A DNA stretch of 64,000 bases, taken from Candidatus Eremiobacteria bacterium (GTDB taxonomy: Bacteria; Vulcanimicrobiota; Vulcanimicrobiia; Vulcanimicrobiales; Vulcanimicrobiaceae). Shown here piece after piece: positions 58,549-64,000 of this stretch. A program made the translations under genes and the position numbers. Position 1 is the first letter of the stretch, and the number at the start of each line of letters is the position of its first letter. The DNA lies in contig CAVTRC010000001.1 of assembly GCA_963737065.1 (NCBI GenBank), positions 640,001 through 704,000 of the forward strand, read 5' to 3'. The notes under the pieces are model-generated. The model was not told the DNA's origin and made no database searches. It saw only the letters and a list, made by a program, of their open reading frames with translations.

Positions 58549-59415
58549 GTGTCCGCCCACATCCTCGACGGCAAGGCGTTGGCCGCCGATCTGCGTACGG
58601 AACTAATCGCACGTACGAGTGCGCTACGCGAGGTCGCGATTCATCCCAAGCTCGTGATCGTTTTCGTTGGAGAAAACGAGTCGAGCGTCGCGTACGTTCG
58701 CAACTTGGCGAAAACCGGCGAACGCGTCGGCGTGGCGGTCCAGGTCGACCGCCTTCCGGAGCATGCATCCGCCGCCGACGTTCGCGCGTGCTTGGAACGC
58801 TTGCGCGACGATCCCGCCGTGCACGGCGTAATGTTACAGCAGCCGCTTCCCGCGCATCTGTCCATCCGCGAAATCGCCGATGCGATTCCCTTGCACAAGG
58901 ATGTCGACGGAACGCATCCCGTGAACCAAGGTCATCTCGCGTTTGGAAGCGGCACGGAATTCGTTCCCGCGACGCCGGCTGCCGTGATGCTGCTCCTCGA
59001 ACGCAGTCCACACTGGCCGCTGCGCGGACGCCGCGCAGTGATGATCGGCCGATCGATCGTTGTCGGCGCGCCGGTTGCGATGTTGATGCTCGCACAGGAC
59101 GCGACGGTAACCGTGCTTCATAAGGAGAGCGCGGATCTTCAGCCCTACGTCCAAATGGCGGAAATCGTCGTCGTCGCAACCGGCGTTCCAGGACTCATCG
59201 GCGCTAACGACATCTCAGCCGGTGCCACCGTGATCGACGTCGGCACGACGGTGGTCAACGGCGAACTCAAAGGTGACGTCGATTTTTCTTCGGCTGTGGA
59301 AGTCGCCGGTGCCATTACGCCGGTTCCCGGGGGAGTCGGGCCGGTTACGAACGTCGCACTGCTTCGCAACGTCGTCAAATCGGCGGAACACCTCACACAC
59401 GCGATTCTGCGCTAG
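58549..59415 (+). CDS. folD: Methylenetetrahydrofolate dehydrogenase/cyclohydrolase
   Basis: ILDGKALA, KDVDG.HP.N, PATP, GRS.VVG.P, IDVG, ITPVPGGVGPVT. Confidence 0.95.
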   Translation: MSAHILDGKALAADLRTELIARTSALREVAIHPKLVIVFVGENESSVAYVRNLAKTGERVGVAVQVDRLPEHASAADVRACLERLRDDPAVHGVMLQQPLPAHLSIREIADAIPLHKDVDGTHPVNQGHLAFGSGTEFVPATPAAVMLLLERSPHWPLRGRRAVMIGRSIVVGAPVAMLMLAQDATVTVLHKESADLQPYVQMAEIVVVATGVPGLIGANDISAGATVIDVGTTVVNGELKGDVDFSSAVEVAGAITPVPGGVGPVTNVALLRNVVKSAEHLTHAILR

Positions 59416-59436
59416 TCGCGTCGAGGCTCATCTGCG

Positions 59437-60156
59437 TTAGTTCTGCGAAAATGCTTTACCGAAGAATTTTTCTTGCTCGGCTTTGAACGCGTCGTCGTCG
59501 CCGGCATCCCCCCGGCGTTCCAGTTCCGCTCGTCGGCGTTCCAGCAAGTTCCGCAGTTGCGGTAAGAGCCGCTCGAGGAACTCGTTCTCGGCGCGCAAGC
59601 GTGATTTCGTATCGTTCAGTTCGAGTAGCCGTTGCTTCACGGCTTCCGTGATCTGCAGTGAATCGGCGATGAGAAACGACGTGCCAAGCGCGTCCATCGG
59701 AAGTTCGACGGACGTTTCTTGCCCGGAGAACTCAACCATCATTTCGAGATATCGATCGAAGAGCTCGCGCACCGCGGGCAGCAATTCCTCGATTTCATGG
59801 TCGTCCTCCGGCGGGTCGTCTTCTTCCACGGTTTCCGCCTCGACGAGCAGATACGGTTCGCGGCTGACGATCTGTTCGATGCGGAATCGCTCGCGTCCGA
59901 TCGTGGAGATGAAATACCGGTCGAGCGGCAGCGCCTGAACCTCAACGATTTCCGCGATCGACCCCATCTCGTGCGGCATGACGTTGGGATCGCCGGCCTC
60001 CGAACCTTCGGCGATCAGCGAAACGCCAAACGTTTCGCCGCTCTCGAGACATTCGGCGATCAACTGTTTGTAACGCGGCTCGAAAATATGGAGGTTGAGG
60101 ACGGCTCCGGGAAAGAGCACCGCGTTGAGCGGAAACAACCGAAGGCGCCGACGCAT
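59437..60156 (-). CDS. Stand-alone LON substrate-binding (N-terminal) domain protein
   Basis: LFPL..VLFPG..L.LHIFEPRY, G..RFRI, KQRLLE; no AAA+ or protease domain. Confidence 0.9.
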   Translation of the reverse strand: MRRRLRLFPLNAVLFPGAVLNLHIFEPRYKQLIAECLESGETFGVSLIAEGSEAGDPNVMPHEMGSIAEIVEVQALPLDRYFISTIGRERFRIEQIVSREPYLLVEAETVEEDDPPEDDHEIEELLPAVRELFDRYLEMMVEFSGQETSVELPMDALGTSFLIADSLQITEAVKQRLLELNDTKSRLRAENEFLERLLPQLRNLLERRRAELERRGDAGDDDAFKAEQEKFFGKAFSQN

Positions 60157-60212
60157 AGGGTCGCGTTCCTTCTAGGAGGTCGGCGACGGTTCCCCGCTAA
60201 GATTGTTCGTAA

Positions 60213-60791
60213 ATGGATGACGTGTTGCGATATTTGGAGTCGGTACATCCTGCGCCAAATCCGCTCTTGCTCGAATTGGAACAGCACGCGCGCAAGGACG
60301 GCATCCCGATCGTCTCACGCGAGACCGGACGACTCTTATCCGTGCTCGTGCACATGATGCAAGCCAACCGCATTCTGGAGATCGGGACCGCATACGGCTA
60401 TTCGACGTTGTGGATGGCCCTCGCTCAACCGCCGGTCGGGAAGATTTGGACGAGCGATACGGATAGCAGCCGCACCGACGTCGCGCTCTCGTATTTCAAG
60501 CGCGCCGGTGAAGACGACCACATCACGATTTTTAACCAAGACGCACGCGAACTATTGGAAAACTTCCAACAACGCAACCTCGACATCGTTTTCATCGACA
60601 CCTATAAGCGCCGCTACCGCGATTACCTGGATCTCGTCATTCCGATGCTCAAACGTTCCGGCATCGTGATCATCGACGGCCTGCTCGATGATGACGATCG
60701 GTTCAATGAATACTTCCTCTCGCATCCGCAGCTCAATGCAACCATCCTTCCGCTCGGCGAAGGCACGGGGATCGGCGCTCGGATCGAATGA
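60213..60791 (+). CDS. SAM-dependent O-methyltransferase (Methyltransf_3 type)
   Basis: ILEIGTAYGYST, DIVFID..K..Y. Confidence 0.9.
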   Translation: MDDVLRYLESVHPAPNPLLLELEQHARKDGIPIVSRETGRLLSVLVHMMQANRILEIGTAYGYSTLWMALAQPPVGKIWTSDTDSSRTDVALSYFKRAGEDDHITIFNQDARELLENFQQRNLDIVFIDTYKRRYRDYLDLVIPMLKRSGIVIIDGLLDDDDRFNEYFLSHPQLNATILPLGEGTGIGARIE

Positions 60792-61282
60792 ACCGTCGTC
60801 CGGTCGACGCGTCGGCGTTCAGAGCGGTCATGCGCCACTATCCAACGGGCGTCACCGTCGTGACCAGTCTGCGAGAAGGCGAACCACGCGGCATGACGCT
60901 CAACGCGTTCTCGAGCGTCGCCGTCGATCCACCGCTCTTACTCATTTGCGTGAACCGCGAGGCGCGCAGTTATCTCTACATCGCGACGTCACGGATCTTT
61001 TGCGTCAATTTGCTTTCCGCCGGCCAGCGAGAACTTGCAGAACGTTTCTCGGGGAAGATTCGCGAGCGTCAATTCGAAGGAGTGCCGTTCGACGTCGACG
61101 TTACCGGTGCGCCCGTACTTGCCGAGACGATCGGTCACTTCGACTGCGAAGTGGCCGAAGAGCATCACGCGGGCTCGCATTCAATTATCATCGGCCGCGT
61201 GGTCGCCTGCACCGCGCGTCCGGGCATCCCCCTCGGTTACTTCAATGCCGGCTACCACGATTTCGGAATGCGCGTTGAATGA
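60788..61282 (+). CDS. Flavin reductase-like protein
   Basis: FRAVM..YPTGVTVVT, GMT.NAFSSV..DPPL, GSHSIIIGRV. Confidence 0.92.
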   Translation: MNRRPVDASAFRAVMRHYPTGVTVVTSLREGEPRGMTLNAFSSVAVDPPLLLICVNREARSYLYIATSRIFCVNLLSAGQRELAERFSGKIRERQFEGVPFDVDVTGAPVLAETIGHFDCEVAEEHHAGSHSIIIGRVVACTARPGIPLGYFNAGYHDFGMRVE

Positions 61283-61914
61283 TCTTCGAAACGTTTGCCG
61301 TCGGTTTGTTGTCCTGCAACTGCACGATCGTCGGCGACGAGACGACGCGCGAAGCAATCGTTATCGACGGCGGCGACGGCGTTGCAGACGTCGTGCAGCG
61401 GCTCGAACGCTTATCCCTGCGCGCAACGTATTTGATCCACACTCACGCGCATTTCGATCATATTGCGGATGTTGGCGCTTTGCGCGAGCGAACGCGAGCG
61501 CACGCGTTGCTCCACCCCGCCGATCTGCCGATTTACCACGAGCAGCCGACGCTAGCGCGCGCGTTCGGCTTTCCGCAACTGCCGGAAGTTGTTGAACTGG
61601 ACGGCGATCTTGCCGACGGCGATCGCATGGCGATCGGGTCCGTGCGGGTCGAAGTGCTGCACACGCCGGGCCATACGCCCGGCAGTGTCTGTTTCGCAGT
61701 GCGTCAGGATGACGACCAGCGGCTCGTTACCGGCGACACGCTTTTTGCGGGCGCGATCGGCCGTTGGGATCTCGGCGGCACGTCGATGAGCGACATCGTC
61801 GATTCCATTCACCGTAAATTGATGGACTATCCGGACGCAACGGCGGTAATCCCGGGACACGGAGCGTTCACGACGATCGGAAAAGAACGCGTTACAAACC
61901 CATACCTGCAATAA
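61279..61914 (+). CDS. MBL-fold metallo-hydrolase (glyoxalase II-like)
   Basis: THAHFDH, HTPGHTPGS, GDTLF, PGHG. Confidence 0.93.
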   Translation: MIFETFAVGLLSCNCTIVGDETTREAIVIDGGDGVADVVQRLERLSLRATYLIHTHAHFDHIADVGALRERTRAHALLHPADLPIYHEQPTLARAFGFPQLPEVVELDGDLADGDRMAIGSVRVEVLHTPGHTPGSVCFAVRQDDDQRLVTGDTLFAGAIGRWDLGGTSMSDIVDSIHRKLMDYPDATAVIPGHGAFTTIGKERVTNPYLQ

Positions 61915-62525
61915 TGCGGCGGCTCTTCGCCGGTATCGAGCTCGACGACGCAACGTGCGCGCTCTGCGTCGACGTCCAGCAGCGTTTGCAGCGAGCCGCA
62001 TTCGACGCGAAATATGAGGCGCCCGAGAAACTGCACGTCACGCTCGCATTCTTGGGCAACGTGGGTGAGGAAAAGGTCGCAAGCGTCGAAGACGTGCTCG
62101 CGGCAACGGCCGCCTCGGCGTCGCCCTTCGAACTGACGCTCGATCGGGTCAGCGCGTTTCCGAACGAGCGGCGGCCGCGAATCGCGTTTGTCGGCTCGCG
62201 CGGCGGCAGCGTCCCGTTTCGTTCGCTGTGCGATGCGTTGCGCGAACGCTACCGGCGGCTCGGGTTCGCATTCAACGAAGACGCCGTCGCGCACGTTACG
62301 ATCGCGCGCGTAAAAGGTGGATCGCTACGCGCTCTACCGATACTCGAGCTTGCGGCTCACGCACTGGCCGTCCGCAACATCGTGCTCTTCGAGTCACTGC
62401 CCGCGCAGAACACGACCCGCTACGAAGTTCGCCGAAGAGCGCCCTTTGCAAGCCCGCCGTATGAAGAGCCGATCGACGACTTTGAAAATCGACCGTACCG
62501 CGGCATATACGACGACGATCATTGA
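61914..62525 (+). CDS. thpR: RNA 2',3'-cyclic phosphodiesterase (2H family)
   Basis: RLFAGI, HVTLAFLG, HVTIAR, LFES, RYE. Confidence 0.9.
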   Translation: MRRLFAGIELDDATCALCVDVQQRLQRAAFDAKYEAPEKLHVTLAFLGNVGEEKVASVEDVLAATAASASPFELTLDRVSAFPNERRPRIAFVGSRGGSVPFRSLCDALRERYRRLGFAFNEDAVAHVTIARVKGGSLRALPILELAAHALAVRNIVLFESLPAQNTTRYEVRRRAPFASPPYEEPIDDFENRPYRGIYDDDH

Positions 62526-62529
62526 AGCG

Positions 62530-63104
62530 GGTAAAACGGATCGCGGTTCGGAGAAGCTTCGGAAGCGGTTCGTTGAGGCTTGCGCCGACGCGGCAGCGCA
62601 GCGTCGAACGCCGGAAGAAGCCGCGATTGCACGTGCGCATGTTCGCGCTCGACGGGGCGTCATGCGCCGGCGCGCGATCGTGATTTCCATGGCGGTAGTG
62701 ACGAGAACTTTGAAGGACGCGTTCCGCGCCTTGCCGGCGCGGAAATTAGCGTCCAGCACGTCGGGCTCGGTGATGCGCTTTTGACGGCGCTCCTCCGCGA
62801 CGATCCGTCCAAACTCTACACCATCCCGCCCTAGCATGAGGTGAACGTCGGCACGTTGACCGTGTTTCTCAACGCGATACTGAGGAAAGTGCGCCCGCAA
62901 ACTCTCCGCGAGGCGCTGCTCGTGCGCGAGACCACGTTTACTTGGCGTTATCGCGCGCTTCGCGAGGTTCAGATTTACGTGGTGCGCAATTTCGTCGGCG
63001 TGCTGTTCTTTGAAGCGTTGCCGTTCTGCGCGTGCGCCGGCTTTGCGAGCGTCTGCGGGGTTTAGCTTCGCGCATCGTAGCGCGCGCTGAACGTTTCGCC
63101 GCAT
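62530..63104 (-). pseudogene. Degraded DUF2130-like PD-(D/E)xK nuclease gene; boundaries approximate
   Basis: RGLAHEQRLAESLRAHFPQYRVEKHGQRADVHL...GRIVAEERRQKR...ASFKVLVTT; resemblance stops after VLVTT and no clear start. Confidence 0.45.
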
Positions 63105-63329
63105 CCGCAGACCGCCTTACCGTGGTCGCTGCTCCTCAACCCTGGTCAAGCGACACAGCTCCTGCGCAATGCGTTTGTTCTCGGCGTCACAGATGCGTCG
63201 ACGTACTCATCGAAGAAGCGTACATCCGCGACGTGCGAGCGCGGTGGCATTACCCCGGTGGCCGCCGAGTGTCGGACCACGCGAAAGCGGGCGCCCGCCT
63301 ACCGAAAGTCGCCGGACCCGTCAGCCACC

Positions 63330-63393
63330 CTTGCGTCTAGCTTGCTTTGAGCTTGCAGTTTACTTGCAGTCGCGCCTGTGTCATTGGTACACT
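63330..63393 (+). promoter_or_regulatory. Sigma70-type promoter overlapped by four phased CTTGC repeats
   Basis: CTTGC at 63330, 63341, 63352, 63363; -35 TTGCAG 63364-63369; extended -10 TGG-TACACT 63385-63393. Confidence 0.6.
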
Positions 63394-63402
63394 ATGCAGG
63401 TG

Positions 63403-63969
63403 ATGAGCAAAAGTAAGTCCGGCAAGCGCGGCAAAGTCACGACCCGCAAGACTGTGGGTCGAAAGGCCAACGTCTACACCCACACCGGGCCGCGACGGAT
63501 CGAGGGTCCTGGTATCTCGTTTCCCGTTGTAAAACTGGACGCGCGCCGAATGGCGAGTGCTTTGGAACGCACGTACCGGACTCAGGGCTCGCGCGAGTTG
63601 GTTACAATCAAGGATCTCTTCCAATTGACATCGTCCGAACTCGGCGTGCTATTTGGCAATGTCAGCCGTCAGGCGATTGACCAATGGTTTGAGAATGGTG
63701 TTCCGACGGAACGCGTTGCCGACGTGGATCGCGTAGCCGAAGTCGCGGAGGCTCTCGGACGCACGTTCAAAACGCAGCGTCTGCCTGCGATCGTGCGCGG
63801 CCCGATGGCCGTTTTCGACAATCGAAGCATCTTTGATGTTCTACGCACGGACGGCGTTGGACCGTTGCACGAGTTTTTCCGGCGCTTGGAGGCACTGATC
63901 CCCGGTGCGGAGCCAATCCGCGCGGGAGAATATGCGACAGGGAAGGTCGCGCACGTTGCTTCGGGTTAG
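63403..63969 (+). CDS. Xre/MbcA/ParS-like antitoxin (HTH + C-terminal toxin-binding domain); start 63394-63403
   Basis: LTSSELGVLFGNVSRQAIDQW HTH; LPAIVRGPMAVFDNRSIFDVL resembles DUF2384; overlaps the downstream ORF. Confidence 0.7.
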   Translation: MSKSKSGKRGKVTTRKTVGRKANVYTHTGPRRIEGPGISFPVVKLDARRMASALERTYRTQGSRELVTIKDLFQLTSSELGVLFGNVSRQAIDQWFENGVPTERVADVDRVAEVAEALGRTFKTQRLPAIVRGPMAVFDNRSIFDVLRTDGVGPLHEFFRRLEALIPGAEPIRAGEYATGKVAHVASG

Positions 63970-64000
63970 ACGCGGCGGTTCGTACCTTCGTGCCCTTGGA
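63932..64000 (+). CDS. 5' end of a probable RES-domain toxin (runs off the window)
   Basis: MRQGRSRTLLRVRRGGSYLRALG; open to the window end; overlaps the antitoxin 3' end; only 23 codons visible. Confidence 0.45.
   Translation, partial: MRQGRSRTLLRVRRGGSYLRALG

Noticed and set aside
62580..63065. Two in-frame plus-strand ORFs separated by one TAG (possible read-through or pyrrolysine)
   Set aside because: Better explained as the antisense shadow of the minus-strand nuclease-like remnant; no RBS and no pyl genes in the window

Overview
A GC-rich, very gene-dense bacterial chromosome segment with many ATGA/GTGA/TTGA start-stop overlaps. It comes from a diderm organism (TolC and several beta-barrels). 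The Firmicutes-like gene order (miaB-mutS-mutL-miaA-hfq, der-plsY), multiple family-5 peptide-binding proteins and a copper-amine-oxidase-N/barrel protein suggest Candidatus Eremiobacterota (Vulcanimicrobiota); this is inference only. Most of the window is housekeeping: tRNA-Pro(CGG), a trkA pair, dapF, hfq, miaA, mutL, ogt, mutS, miaB, der, plsY, efp, fumC, tldD/tldE, folD, thpR. The main discovery candidate is a tightly coupled five-gene operon at 19231-29050. It encodes four secreted DUF11/isopeptide-type Ig-fold proteins and a 1077-aa outer-membrane barrel. Their split domains sort into acceptor-only (tip), donor+acceptor (shaft), donor-only (base) and a non-reactive single domain (possible chaperone or cap). 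This suggests a sortase-independent pilus built by donor-strand complementation and locked by intermolecular isopeptide bonds. Just upstream lie a three-way-junction RNA candidate and an unannotated 50-aa ORF. Other notable items: a compensatory two-unit hairpin repeat at 42050-42168; a structured leader and 16-bp palindrome before a putative outer-membrane tether protein; a fused AhbAB-like gene coupled to orphan binding proteins; two single-base frameshifts; and, at the right edge, a degraded DUF2130-like nuclease followed by an Xre-RES-type toxin-antitoxin pair with four CTTGC repeats phased at 11 bp. All family calls come from motif recognition by eye; no searches were run.
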